Under the pieces are notes generated by a model, which was not told the origin of the DNA, ran no database searches, and saw nothing but the letters and a program-made list of their open reading frames with translations. Shown piece by piece: positions 8,505 to 18,634 of a stretch of 46,453 nucleotides of DNA. Each line of letters opens with the position of its first letter. Position 1 is the stretch's first letter. The position numbers and the translations under genes were made by a program. The DNA is from a virus: the UHGV virus genome UHGV-1365003. The stretch is one strand, 5' to 3'.

Positions 8505-9921
8505 AAAAAGACTCTCAAGTGTGGCAATCGAAAAACTTGAACAGGTAGTTGGCAACTCAACTGCAAAGCCTGAATCAGCAGTTTTTGGGCTTGTAGATAA
8601 GTTACTTCAGGATGGTTCTCCCAATGTCGTAAAGCGACTTAAGATGACAGCCACTGGGGTATCTGAAACTGATGAAGAGCCAACAATATTAATTCCTGAG
8701 CGGATGGAGCTTATCCTTTACCCACGGCGCTTTAAGGTGTTTTATGGTGGTAGGGGCAGTTCCAAGAGCCGAACGTGTATATCCTACCTTATCGAAAAGG
8801 CAAGGTTCCGCAACAGTCGCGTTGGTTGTTTTCGTGAGATACAGAACTCAATCAAAGAATCAAGCTATGCCGAACTGGTTGATGAGATAAACAGAAAAGG
8901 CCACGCTCAGGAATATCGTTGCGTTGATGGTGAGATAACCCACCACACAACGAAATCAAAGTTTGTTTTCCGTGGTCTGTGGAGAAATATAACCGCCATC
9001 AAGGGTATGGCTGGACTTACAGATGTGTTCTGTGAAGAATCTGAAAATATCAGCCAGATTTCATGGGATACGTTAATCCCAACGGTGCGAGCCTCTGGTT
9101 CTGAAATTATTATTGTTTTTAACCCAAATAAAGAGACTGACCCGACGTGGACTAACTTTGTTGAGCCTTACATCTGCAAGATGGTTGACGGCATATATCA
9201 GGATGATGACATCGTTGTTGTTAATGTTAACTACGTCCACAACCCGTGGTTCACGGAAGAACTTAAGCAGCACATGAACCAGATGAAAGCTGTGGATTAT
9301 GATCGCTATCTGTGGGTGTATGAAGGGTTATTCAACAAGCGTTCCGAAGAGGCCGTGCTTGGCGGAAAATGGCAAACGCTGGACTTCGAGCCATCTCCAG
9401 AATGGGGAGGCCCATATTATGGCATTGACTTTGGTTTTTCTCAGGATGCAACCGCAGCAACAGAATCATATGTAGAAGATTTGGGAGATGGGCGCAGAAA
9501 TCTATATATCTATCGTGACTTTGCAAAGGTTGGGCTTGAGATAACTGACACGCCGGAAGCGATGCGCTCAGCATTCCCAAATTCAGAGAAGTACAGATGG
9601 TATGGGGATTGCGCAAGGCCTGAAACAATAAGCCATATACGCCGATCTGGATTCGATATTCATCCGTGCGCAAAATGGCCGGGTAGCATTGAGGACGGGA
9701 TTACGTGGCTGCGTGGGTGTGACAGAATTTACGTACACTCAAGATGCAAGCACGTCATTGAAGAGATGACAATGTACAGCTACAAGGTGGATAAATTAAC
9801 AGGGAACATACTCCCCGACATAGTTGATAAATACAATCACGCGATTGACAGTTTGCGCTATGGACTTGGTGACCACATAGTCCAGCGAGGTAGCGGGATG
9901 CTAATCCGGCGCAGGCGTTAA
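8497..9921 (+). CDS. terminase large subunit
   Basis: 474 aa. Walker A-like FYGGRGSSKS. Size and position upstream of portal support the call. A nuclease-like C-terminal half is expected by family (not directly checked). Confidence 0.85.
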   Translation: MARKRLSSVAIEKLEQVVGNSTAKPESAVFGLVDKLLQDGSPNVVKRLKMTATGVSETDEEPTILIPERMELILYPRRFKVFYGGRGSSKSRTCISYLIEKARFRNSRVGCFREIQNSIKESSYAELVDEINRKGHAQEYRCVDGEITHHTTKSKFVFRGLWRNITAIKGMAGLTDVFCEESENISQISWDTLIPTVRASGSEIIIVFNPNKETDPTWTNFVEPYICKMVDGIYQDDDIVVVNVNYVHNPWFTEELKQHMNQMKAVDYDRYLWVYEGLFNKRSEEAVLGGKWQTLDFEPSPEWGGPYYGIDFGFSQDATAATESYVEDLGDGRRNLYIYRDFAKVGLEITDTPEAMRSAFPNSEKYRWYGDCARPETISHIRRSGFDIHPCAKWPGSIEDGITWLRGCDRIYVHSRCKHVIEEMTMYSYKVDKLTGNILPDIVDKYNHAIDSLRYGLGDHIVQRGSGMLIRRRR

Positions 9922-9951
9922 AAATAAAGCCCTCAATCGAGGGCTTAAAGC
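9921..9951. terminator. bidirectional hairpin terminator AAGCCCTC-aatc-GAGGGCTT
   Basis: Perfect 8-bp GC stem. T-tract on the minus-strand side. Lies between convergent terL and small minus-strand genes. Confidence 0.55.
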
Positions 9952-10142
9952 TCATCTCTCAATCTTGATATATCACTCACAGCTGCATACATGTTTGACT
10001 TAACGCGTTCAGACTTTTCATCTCTGCATCTGTCTTTTATTATCGAAATGGCAATATTGAAAGCCTCAATCTTTGCCTCCCTTATCGCTTGATTCCTTGG
10101 TTTCACTTTCGCCTTCGGTATTTCACGAAGGCATCTCGGCAT
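9945..10142 (-). CDS. hypothetical protein (65 aa, basic/coiled)
   Basis: ATG (MPRCLREIPKAK...) 4 nt after the stop of the upstream minus-strand gene. Ends at the hairpin terminator. Confidence 0.4.
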   Translation of the reverse strand: MPRCLREIPKAKVKPRNQAIREAKIEAFNIAISIIKDRCRDEKSERVKSNMYAAVSDISRLRDEL

Positions 10143-10146
10143 GTAA

Positions 10147-10302
10147 TTAGTAGGCATTTGATGGGTAGTAACCTTCTTTGATACCAAGCATCTTGGCGAT
10201 TGTCGGACCGACTTTCTGGGCGGTAACGATGCCAAATTTAACGTAGTCAGCACCATAAGTTTCGGCAATGTACGCTTCGCATTCTTTTTTAGTCTCAAAC
10301 AT
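10147..10302 (-). CDS. hypothetical protein (51 aa)
   Basis: AAGGA RBS. Sequence MFETKKECEAYIAETYGADYVKFGIVTAQKVGPTIAKMLGIKEGYYPSNAY. Not in the track because it is under 60 aa. Confidence 0.45.
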   Translation of the reverse strand: MFETKKECEAYIAETYGADYVKFGIVTAQKVGPTIAKMLGIKEGYYPSNAY

Positions 10303-10336
10303 TTCTCTTGTTCCTTAATCTCTTTTCGATAAGATG

Positions 10337-10365
10337 ATTCTACGTCACCAACATATCTACGTCAA
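10337..10365 (-). promoter_or_regulatory. sigma70-type promoter TTGACG-N17-TAGAAT (GTTGACGTAGAT element) driving the two small minus-strand genes
   Basis: Minus strand reads aTGTTGACGTAGATatgttggtgacgTAGAATcat. A second degenerate copy (GTGACGTAGAAT) is in the spacer. Confidence 0.5.
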
Positions 10366-10403
10366 CATTTATTATTGTTGTTGATAAATCTGCATCACCA
10401 CAC

Positions 10404-10435
10404 TTTACAAATCTACACCGAGCGCATAGTATAAT
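10404..10435 (+). promoter_or_regulatory. promoter TTTACA-N17-TAGTATAATC for the plus-strand small genes and portal operon
   Basis: cacTTTACAaatctacaccgagcgcaTAGTATAATCtacatc. Confidence 0.45.
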
Positions 10436-10463
10436 CTACATCAGGTTTATCGGAGACATCATT

Positions 10464-10670
10464 ATGCGCAGTTATGCAGGATTTACACAGGAGGAAAAAG
10501 AGCAGGTTTATTCCCTGGCGCGGGCTGGTGTGCCTGATGAGGTGATTTGCCGTCGGTATGATATTGACGAGGATTTCCTGCTGCGCGTTATTGATGATGT
10601 TTTCGTTAACCTGCAAGAGAAGCGCGGGTACAAGGGCATTTGCTGCAAGAATGATTTTTTGAGAGGGTGA
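10464..10670 (+). CDS. hypothetical protein (68 aa)
   Basis: ORF MRSYAGFTQEEKEQVYSLARAGVPDEVICRRYDIDEDF. Possible small HTH-like. Confidence 0.45.
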   Translation: MRSYAGFTQEEKEQVYSLARAGVPDEVICRRYDIDEDFLLRVIDDVFVNLQEKRGYKGICCKNDFLRG

Positions 10671-10673
10671 GTG

Positions 10674-10877
10674 ATGACAAGAAAAGAGGTTCACGAGATG
10701 GCTGTTGAACTTAGAAAAAGATTTGAGAACATCTGGTTTGATAACCGTCATGAATTCAATGATAAGCAGTATGAGATTTACGCAAAATGCAGAGGGCTTG
10801 TTATTGGAGATAGAATGGAAAATGCTGTATTCCATCACACTAACGCCACGATGCACAGGCGAGCCTTCGACTACTGA
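10674..10877 (+). CDS. hypothetical protein (67 aa)
   Basis: AGAGGGTGA RBS. ATG 4 nt after the upstream stop. Confidence 0.45.
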   Translation: MTRKEVHEMAVELRKRFENIWFDNRHEFNDKQYEIYAKCRGLVIGDRMENAVFHHTNATMHRRAFDY

Positions 10878-10882
10878 TACCG

Positions 10883-10915
10883 TGATATAATCCCCTTAAT
10901 TGGGGATTTTTTATT
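10883..10915 (+). terminator. hairpin terminator AATCCCCttaattGGGGATT+T6, overlapped by extended -10 TGATATAAT (10883-10891)
   Basis: Stem-loop plus T-run. The preceding TGATATAAT matches the extended -10 class seen before other late operons (portal starts at 10924). Confidence 0.55.
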
Positions 10916-10920
10916 GGTGA

Positions 10921-13267
<2,347 letters not shown>

Positions 13268-13350
13268 GGGCTTTGTTTCATCTTATCAGCATGCAAAGAA
13301 CAAATATTATTATCGCATAGCACAATATTTCTAAGACGCTGAATATTGTT

Positions 13351-13677
13351 TTAATCATCCAGTTTCACGCCGGGAATCTTGCCCGCTGCGATTTCTTCGT
13401 AAATGCCTTTAGCAGCCAGCGGCGTAATTCCTGCGCCAGTTCCCGCAAGGCATGTTCGCATAGCTGTTTCTGCATCTTCACGCACCTTTTCCGCTTCGGT
13501 GCGGAGTGGGCGGAACTGCGGTTTGTCGATGATGATATCTTTTGCTATTTCCGTGCCCTGCTCTACGCCGAGGATTTTAGTTATTCCAGAAATAACAACC
13601 AGTTGGTTTGACGCGTATTTAATTGTTACCGGATACCACTTGCCGTTGTTGTCGAGATATTCACACTCGCACCCCAC
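13351..13677 (-). CDS. hypothetical protein (~108 aa), possibly GTG-initiated
   Basis: ORF with no in-frame ATG near the 5' end. Sequence MGCECEYLDNNGKWYPV... Last gene of minus-strand island A. Confidence 0.35.
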   Translation of the reverse strand: MGCECEYLDNNGKWYPVTIKYASNQLVVISGITKILGVEQGTEIAKDIIIDKPQFRPLRTEAEKVREDAETAMRTCLAGTGAGITPLAAKGIYEEIAAGKIPGVKLDD

Positions 13678-13938
13678 TGGCGGAAGACCTTCGCCGCTCC
13701 ATGCTGGATTTTTCTTTCGATGCGGCGAGTGCGTATTCGTATCTATCCTTTGTCACCTTGTCGCCGTCGCGACGGTATATGTTTCTATGGTCAGAAGATA
13801 AGGTGAGATAAATTCCAGTCCTTACATTACCCCTCCCATAAAACATTATTTCCCCATCATAATCCTGCCCTATTTCACTTACACCATTAGGCCACCCGCC
13901 ACGCTTAGGTAATTCTTGAGCTAACAGGTCGATAAGCT

Positions 13939-14235
13939 TTATTTTGTTTCTCCCAACGCTTTATTAACCGCCGCACGCGCATTATCCAGAGCGCGACGCT
14001 TGCTTGATGTTGTCCAGACTTTGCCATCTGCAGAATCGTAGCATTCAATAATTTGCTGCATTGCAACAACCAATTCAGCAATAAGCATGTCGCGATACCC
14101 AAGTTCTGCAGCAATAGATGCCTTTGAATGTAGAGATTCAGATGTCATGGCGGATACATGCTTTGAATAGAGGTCGCCAAAGTTATCAAGAGCCTCTATA
14201 TCGCGCTCCTCATACAGATTGTTGCTGCCAGTCAT
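13939..14235 (-). CDS. hypothetical protein (98 aa)
   Basis: ATGA-coupled to the upstream 47-aa gene. Confidence 0.5.
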   Translation of the reverse strand: MTGSNNLYEERDIEALDNFGDLYSKHVSAMTSESLHSKASIAAELGYRDMLIAELVVAMQQIIECYDSADGKVWTTSSKRRALDNARAAVNKALGETK

Positions 14236-14375
14236 TTGATGTACTCCATAATTTCACATTCGCGCATCTGCACCAGACCAAATGGCGCAACCACTTTACC
14301 GCACGGACGGATTTTGATTTGCTCAAGGCAGAACACTCCGCAGCGTCCGTTTTCTTTGAATTTGACCATTACCAT
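14232..14375 (-). CDS. hypothetical Cys4 micro-protein (47 aa, CxxxxC...CGK zinc-ribbon-like)
   Basis: AAGGT RBS. Sequence MVMVKFKENGRCGVFCLEQIKIRPCGKVVAPFGLVQMRECEIMEYIK. Stop overlaps the next ATG. Confidence 0.45.
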   Translation of the reverse strand: MVMVKFKENGRCGVFCLEQIKIRPCGKVVAPFGLVQMRECEIMEYIK

Positions 14376-14384
14376 GATTTAACC

Positions 14385-14768
14385 TTAAAAAATAATTAAT
14401 GTAGGCTGCAATTCTTCTTCATACCAAGTCCAGCCAATACACTGCCCTTCCATGGCGTCAATGTAAGGCTTTACCCAATCCAAAAATGCCTGAATCTCAC
14501 CGCTATAGTTTTTGATATCGCTGCGACTGAAGATGTATTGCTCGTCGCTGTAGTCAAATTTTGGGCAACTATTAACTACGGATGGGTGATGGTAAAAGCT
14601 ACAGTAGTTACCAATAGAATCCCAGCGCGGTAGTGTGAAAAATTCATGCTCAGGAAGCTTTACTGGCCTGTCGGCACCAGCAAACATATACTGGATTACA
14701 TCCATCACCTCTTTCGGTACACCCCCCTTAATCTGACACTTAAGAACCAACTCTGTGTACATTCCCAT
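14385..14768 (-). CDS. hypothetical protein (127 aa)
   Basis: First gene downstream of the island A promoter. GAGGAATAAAAG RBS. Confidence 0.55.
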   Translation of the reverse strand: MGMYTELVLKCQIKGGVPKEVMDVIQYMFAGADRPVKLPEHEFFTLPRWDSIGNYCSFYHHPSVVNSCPKFDYSDEQYIFSRSDIKNYSGEIQAFLDWVKPYIDAMEGQCIGWTWYEEELQPTLIIF

Positions 14769-14796
14769 CTTTTATTCCTCACCGTTTGATTGATGT

Positions 14797-14829
14797 AGAT
14801 ACTATGCACCACCGCTCAATCTACGTCAA
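14797..14829 (-). promoter_or_regulatory. promoter with GTTGACGTAGATTGAG element (-10 CATAGT/TAGTAT) for minus-strand island A
   Basis: Minus strand reads gtGTTGACGTAGATTGAGcggtggtgCATAGTATCTACATC. The 16-mer is identical to the one at ~26830. Confidence 0.45.
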
Positions 14830-14872
14830 CACCATTGTGATAGAATTAATCATTATTTGAACAGGAGGCATA

Positions 14873-15151
14873 ATGAAACTATCGCAACGCGGCATGGAGA
14901 CGCTTGGAATCACCGATGCCGTGGATATATCGCCTTACATCACCACTGACACAACGCAGAATCAGTTCGACGCGCTGACAAGCCTTGCCACCGACATCGG
15001 CATTGACGTATTCCGTAAATCAACACTTCTGAAGAAACACAACCTGCGCTGCTTCTCATGTGCTGTTGCGCATTTCATCGTGTGGGGTGAGAAGACTGAC
15101 GACAAAGCTAAGCGCAAAACTGAAAAAGAGGTTTACTGGTATGGCTATTAG
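14873..15151 (+). CDS. GH24 (T4/P22/P21-type) lysozyme-like protein with internal deletion of the catalytic region (probable remnant)
   Basis: AGGAGG RBS. N-terminus MKLSQRGMETL resembles the P22 gp19 N-terminus. C-terminal half ISPYITTDTTQNQFDALTSLATDIGIDVFRKSTLLKK matches the conserved GH24 C-terminal half (NQYDAL..FNIG..F..STLLR). About 45 aa containing the catalytic Asp/Thr region are missing. Confidence 0.6.
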   Translation: MKLSQRGMETLGITDAVDISPYITTDTTQNQFDALTSLATDIGIDVFRKSTLLKKHNLRCFSCAVAHFIVWGEKTDDKAKRKTEKEVYWYGY

Positions 15152-15605
15152 CAAAAACATGAAGGCGTTTCTGGATATGCTGGCGTACAGCGAGGGCACG
15201 GATAACGGGCGACAGAAAACCAATAATCATGGTTATGATGTAATTGTTGGCGGCTCGCTATTTACTGACTACTCAGACCACCCGAGAAAGCTGATTAGCC
15301 TGCCAAAGCTGGGTATCAAATCCACTGCCGCCGGACGCTATCAGGTGCTGGCTAAGTTTTATGACGCGTACAAAAAGCAGTTGCGCCTGCCTGACTTCTC
15401 CCCCGCATCGCAGGACGCCATTGCAATGCAGCTAATCCGTGAATGCAAAGCAACCGCAGATATTGAGGCTGGTCGCATTGCCGATGCCATCCATAAATGC
15501 CGTTCCCGCTGGGCTTCGTTGCCGGGCGCTGGCTATGGTCAGCATGAGCAGAAACTGGATAAGCTGATTCAGGCATACAAGGCCGCTGGCGGAGGTGTGG
15601 CATGA
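15141..15605 (+). CDS. R: endolysin, lambda R-type lytic transglycosylase
   Basis: High similarity to lambda R: KAFLDMLAYSEGTDNGRQKT.NHGYDVIVGG.LFTDYSDHPRKL...AGRYQ...WASLPGAGYGQ.E.K.D.LI..YKAAGG. AAGAGG RBS. Confidence 0.9.
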   Translation: MAISKNMKAFLDMLAYSEGTDNGRQKTNNHGYDVIVGGSLFTDYSDHPRKLISLPKLGIKSTAAGRYQVLAKFYDAYKKQLRLPDFSPASQDAIAMQLIRECKATADIEAGRIADAIHKCRSRWASLPGAGYGQHEQKLDKLIQAYKAAGGGVA

Positions 15606-15841
15606 AAAAGCTAAGCAACTGGCTGCTCGGCGCGTGGATTTCGTTCTGCTCGCTGTTGCAGCTATGGCCTGATGCAATGATGCATGTATGGGTAATGATG
15701 CCGGATGACCTGAAATCAGCACTACCGCCAATCGTGGTTAAAGGGGTGAGCTATTCAATCATGCTGGTTGGTATTCTCACCAAAATGCACGGCATGAGGA
15801 AGGAAAACCGGAGGTTGCGCAATGATGTCGATTCTCGCTAA
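15602..15841 (+). CDS. putative holin (two TM helices, class II-like)
   Basis: 79 aa. TM1 WLLGAWISFCSLLQLW. TM2 VSYSIMLVGILTKM. Charged C-terminus. ATGA overlap with the endolysin stop. Located between endolysin and spanins. Confidence 0.5.
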   Translation: MKKLSNWLLGAWISFCSLLQLWPDAMMHVWVMMPDDLKSALPPIVVKGVSYSIMLVGILTKMHGMRKENRRLRNDVDSR

Positions 15842-16319
15842 ATACTGGCGACCGCTGGCAATTATTATAATTGTTGCCGCTGGCGCGCTGTGGGCAGCAA
15901 ATAAAGTATCAAGCTACGGCGAACAGCAATACGCCGCCGGGTATGCAAAAGCAGTCGCCGAACAGAAGGCCGCAGACGAACAAGAGGAGCAACGACGCAA
16001 TGCAGAACTGCAAAAGATTCAGGCCGACGCACAGCAAAGGATTGACGCTGCGCGCAATGACGCTGTCAATGCTGCTGCTAAGTCTGGCAGGTTGCAGCAA
16101 CAGCTCGCAAATATCCGCAAGCAGCTCATCGGATATTCCACCGCTGAGTCCATTGGCAATCCAGCCGCAAAAACCGGAGTTTTGCTTGGAAACGTGCTCA
16201 GCAAATCTGTCGAAAGAAATCGACAACTGGCAGATTACGCTGACAGGGCAAGAGAAGCAGGATTAGCGTGTGAGGCACAGTACAATTCATTGAGGGCGGG
16301 GAATGCTAAGCAGAGATAA
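15822..16319 (+). CDS. Rz: i-spanin (Rz-like)
   Basis: N-terminal TM (LAIIIIVAAGALWAA) followed by a long Ala/Gln-rich coiled coil. Position after endolysin/holin. Confidence 0.8.
   Translation: MMSILAKYWRPLAIIIIVAAGALWAANKVSSYGEQQYAAGYAKAVAEQKAADEQEEQRRNAELQKIQADAQQRIDAARNDAVNAAAKSGRLQQQLANIRKQLIGYSTAESIGNPAAKTGVLLGNVLSKSVERNRQLADYADRAREAGLACEAQYNSLRAGNAKQR
16057..16266 (+). CDS. Rz1: o-spanin (Rz1-like lipoprotein) embedded in +1 frame of Rz
   Basis: MTLSMLLLSLAGCSNSS has a signal peptide plus LAGC lipobox. Pro-rich mature part. Entirely inside Rz. Confidence 0.7.
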   Translation: MTLSMLLLSLAGCSNSSQISASSSSDIPPLSPLAIQPQKPEFCLETCSANLSKEIDNWQITLTGQEKQD

Positions 16320-16447
16320 GCGAGAAGAGTATGACAAGATGGCTTCTGATGTGGCAAGTGGTCGCGCTGGTTATCAGTCTGCGGTGAAATGCAGGCTAAG
16401 CAAATCACCAAAGAAATGCTATGGAAAACCACCTGAATCACTGCAAT

Positions 16448-16480
16448 AAAAAAGCCCCGTAATGGGGCTTGTGTTTAATT
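16448..16480. terminator. bidirectional hairpin terminator AAGCCCCgtaatGGGGCTT
   Basis: Lies between the convergent lysis cassette (+) and minus-strand island B. A-tract upstream and T-rich downstream. Confidence 0.65.
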
Positions 16481-16693
16481 GGCTTGCTCGGTGTTTTCTC
16501 TCTTCTTCCACATCTGTTTTAGCTGGAAATAAGCATAAGCCTCATCACCATCTTTCGCATTGCGCTCCATTTGCTCACACCATGCTGATGGTTTTGGTGG
16601 CTCACTCTGCTGGCGATGTTGTTGGTTCATCAACAGATTCCTCAACCGCAATTTCGACGATGCGCACCAACGAACACTCAAGGTCCGGTGCAT
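16475..16693 (-). CDS. hypothetical protein (start uncertain; possibly 16475..16570)
   Basis: ORF overlaps the upstream gene by ~90 nt unless initiated at the internal MERNAK... ATG (GGTG RBS). Confidence 0.3.
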   Translation of the reverse strand: MHRTLSVRWCASSKLRLRNLLMNQQHRQQSEPPKPSAWCEQMERNAKDGDEAYAYFQLKQMWKKRENTEQAN

Positions 16694-16910
16694 TGTAATT
16701 ACCCGCCAGAAACAGAACGCTACCCGTGCTAATCAGCACCTGTTTTGCGTTTGCCTGCGACAGATTCTGCACGATGAATTGCGCTGTTTCCGTGCCGATC
16801 TTGAGCACTGCGCTGCCTTCGCTGTTCAGTGATACCAGTTGCGCGGACGTGTCAGCAATGTTGGTAAAGTTTGCGTTTCGTTGCGCGATGGTGATGTCGC
16901 AGAATGCCAT
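16602..16910 (-). CDS. hypothetical protein (102 aa)
   Basis: Start overlaps the stop of the upstream gene. Confidence 0.45.
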   Translation of the reverse strand: MAFCDITIAQRNANFTNIADTSAQLVSLNSEGSAVLKIGTETAQFIVQNLSQANAKQVLISTGSVLFLAGNYNAPDLECSLVRIVEIAVEESVDEPTTSPAE

Positions 16911-17179
16911 TATTTAATATCTCCGCTCAGTTCATGAACAATTAACGTTGCATAGCCAGCAATATCTTTCCAGCTGTCATCATAGGTTGGGTCACCATTC
17001 AGGATGCGCCCAATCTTGTGTTGAATCATGTCGAGCGCCTCGCGTTGGCTTGGCGTCAGATTGCGCCATCCATCCACCTCGCGCATCACATCTTTCAGCT
17101 CCTGCATGATTTCAGCGCCATCTTTGAATTTACCGTATCGACTGCCGCGTTCGGTGATAAGTTGCTCTGTATCTTTCAT
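16910..17179 (-). CDS. hypothetical protein (89 aa)
   Basis: ORF MKDTEQLITERGSRYGKFKDGAEIMQELKDVMREVDGWRNLTPSQREALDMIQHKIGRILNGDPTYDDSW. Recognisable conserved-looking motifs but the family is not confidently identified. Confidence 0.5.
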   Translation of the reverse strand: MKDTEQLITERGSRYGKFKDGAEIMQELKDVMREVDGWRNLTPSQREALDMIQHKIGRILNGDPTYDDSWKDIAGYATLIVHELSGDIK

Positions 17180-17668
17180 TTACTTTAATGCTCCGTGATT
17201 TTTATGGAAACAATATTTTTCCTCAGCTGCTTTTCTGCATTCTGCAGCCATTGACAAGTTTGAGAATCTGCCAAGCGCAATCTGCTTTCCGTTCACGGCA
17301 ATCTTTGCATACCATTTCTTACCCTTGTTATCCCAACTAACTCCGACAACATTACTCGTGTTATCAGATCGCATAGAAAGATTCTTAGCGTTCTGCTTTC
17401 TGCTTACCAATCTGAGATTCTCAATCCTATTATCATCACGAATGTGGTTTATATGATCAATCTCCATCCCCTCTGGTATCTCACCATTGTGCATTCCCCA
17501 AATTATTCTATGCATCAGTCGCACTTTTCCAAAGCAATGAACCTGCATGTACCCATTACCTGCCATGCTTCCTGCCAGCCTCCCTATTTTCATGTTTCTG
17601 TTTGTTTTTATCTTCCAATATAGCAACCCATCACGGTATTCGAACACATCATTCCAATCCATCATCAC
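17180..17668 (-). CDS. HNH homing endonuclease with AP2 domain (paralog 3)
   Basis: MMMDWNDVFEYRDGLLYWKIK parallels the 6723 paralog. HNH motif region IDHINHIRDDNRIENLRLV. AP2-like segment GVSWDNKGKKWYAKIAVNGKQIALGRFSNLSMAA. Confidence 0.85.
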   Translation of the reverse strand: MMMDWNDVFEYRDGLLYWKIKTNRNMKIGRLAGSMAGNGYMQVHCFGKVRLMHRIIWGMHNGEIPEGMEIDHINHIRDDNRIENLRLVSRKQNAKNLSMRSDNTSNVVGVSWDNKGKKWYAKIAVNGKQIALGRFSNLSMAAECRKAAEEKYCFHKNHGALK

Positions 17669-17864
17669 TCTCCTTTATTGTGACTTTGTTATTCTCGTCA
17701 ACACTGAAGTTGGCGCGAATTAAATCATACATGTCATTTTTAGACATATCAGCCAGCGCCACATAGCAACGGGCAAAGTAGCGAACATCACGGAGTGTCA
17801 GCGGCTGCCGCTTCTCCACAATGCTGGTGATAATGTCCATCGGCTCGCGTCGTGGTCTTGGCAT
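17649..17864 (-). CDS. hypothetical protein (71 aa)
   Basis: Strong AAGGAG RBS. First gene of island B. Confidence 0.5.
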   Translation of the reverse strand: MPRPRREPMDIITSIVEKRQPLTLRDVRYFARCYVALADMSKNDMYDLIRANFSVDENNKVTIKESDDGLE

Positions 17865-17879
17865 ATTTACTACTCCTTC

Positions 17880-17935
17880 TCGAAAAACATCTTGACGTTT
17901 CTACATCACTTAGTCAATACTTATTGACGTAGATT
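17880..17935. promoter_or_regulatory. divergent promoter region containing TTGACGTAGATTG (+) and TTGACT (-) elements
   Basis: cTTGACGtttctacatcacttagtcaatacttaTTGACGTAGATTGtacc. Hexamer assignment for -10 is ambiguous. Confidence 0.35.
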
Positions 17936-17963
17936 GTACCACAACGGAAAAGGTGATGTGGAA

Positions 17964-18161
17964 ATGCGATACAAAGAAATAGCAGCGAGATACCAGAAAG
18001 AAGTGCGCGAGGTTATGGAAATCCTTAACGTTCGCGAAGATACCATTAAGTATGTGGAAACTGCCATGTGTTCACTTGCTCTTGAAGCGGAGGTTGCTGG
18101 TCGTGAAAAGGCTGACGAACTTATATCTGCGGTGGTTTATAGTTCAACCAGTAACGGTTGA
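17964..18161 (+). CDS. hypothetical protein (65 aa)
   Basis: GGTGATG RBS. Sequence MRYKEIAARYQKEVREVMEIL... Confidence 0.45.
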   Translation: MRYKEIAARYQKEVREVMEILNVREDTIKYVETAMCSLALEAEVAGREKADELISAVVYSSTSNG

Positions 18162-18221
18162 GGATGAAGGTTATCTGTGCGTTGAGCACGTTGTTATTAA
18201 ATTCTACGGGAGAAATTACAA

Positions 18222-18416
18222 ATGGCGCATGACGAACTGTACGAAGAATCGTTAATCCAGCGACTGAATGAAGTTGAGCGCACACGCGAATGGCTGGAGT
18301 GCGAGCTGCGGGAAGTGCGTAACCGCCTGCAACGCAAACGCAGCCAGCAGAAGGACGTTATCGACTGGTCTGGCGATACACCTAAATTTAATAATCTTGG
18401 GGAGTGGTTGAAATGA
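18222..18416 (+). CDS. hypothetical protein (64 aa, coiled-coil)
   Basis: GGGAGA RBS. Sequence MAHDELYEESLIQRLNEVERTREWLECELREVRNRLQRKR. Confidence 0.45.
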   Translation: MAHDELYEESLIQRLNEVERTREWLECELREVRNRLQRKRSQQKDVIDWSGDTPKFNNLGEWLK

Positions 18417-18634
18417 GAAAGTTCAGCACGTTAGTTGATTTGATTCTCGCTGACATCAGAGAGTCCAACGCCAGAAACAAGAAGTCAAGAAATCAGCAGC
18501 AGGATATTACGTTTCGCACACTACTTAAGCAATCGATGCGCGGCAAAAAGGAATGGAGATACAGGCGCGACCGAGTTCTGATAAGACTGTGCAAGTTGAA
18601 CATGAACAAGATACTTAAGGATATGACCAAATGA
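18413..18634 (+). CDS. hypothetical basic protein (73 aa)
   Basis: ATGA overlap with the upstream stop. Lys/Arg-rich. Confidence 0.45.
   Translation: MRKFSTLVDLILADIRESNARNKKSRNQQQDITFRTLLKQSMRGKKEWRYRRDRVLIRLCKLNMNKILKDMTK

Noticed and set aside
10413-10856. 147-aa minus-strand ORF across the two small plus-strand genes and the divergent promoter region
   Set aside because: Spans an intergenic promoter and two plus-strand ORFs with proper RBSs. No RBS of its own.
13403-13811. Plus-strand ORFs (132 and 62 aa) over the minus-strand island A
   Set aside because: Low-complexity Ser/Arg/Pro-rich translations antisense to the coupled minus-strand genes. The transcriptional context (promoter at 14800 firing leftward, terminator at 13252-13283) favours the minus strand.
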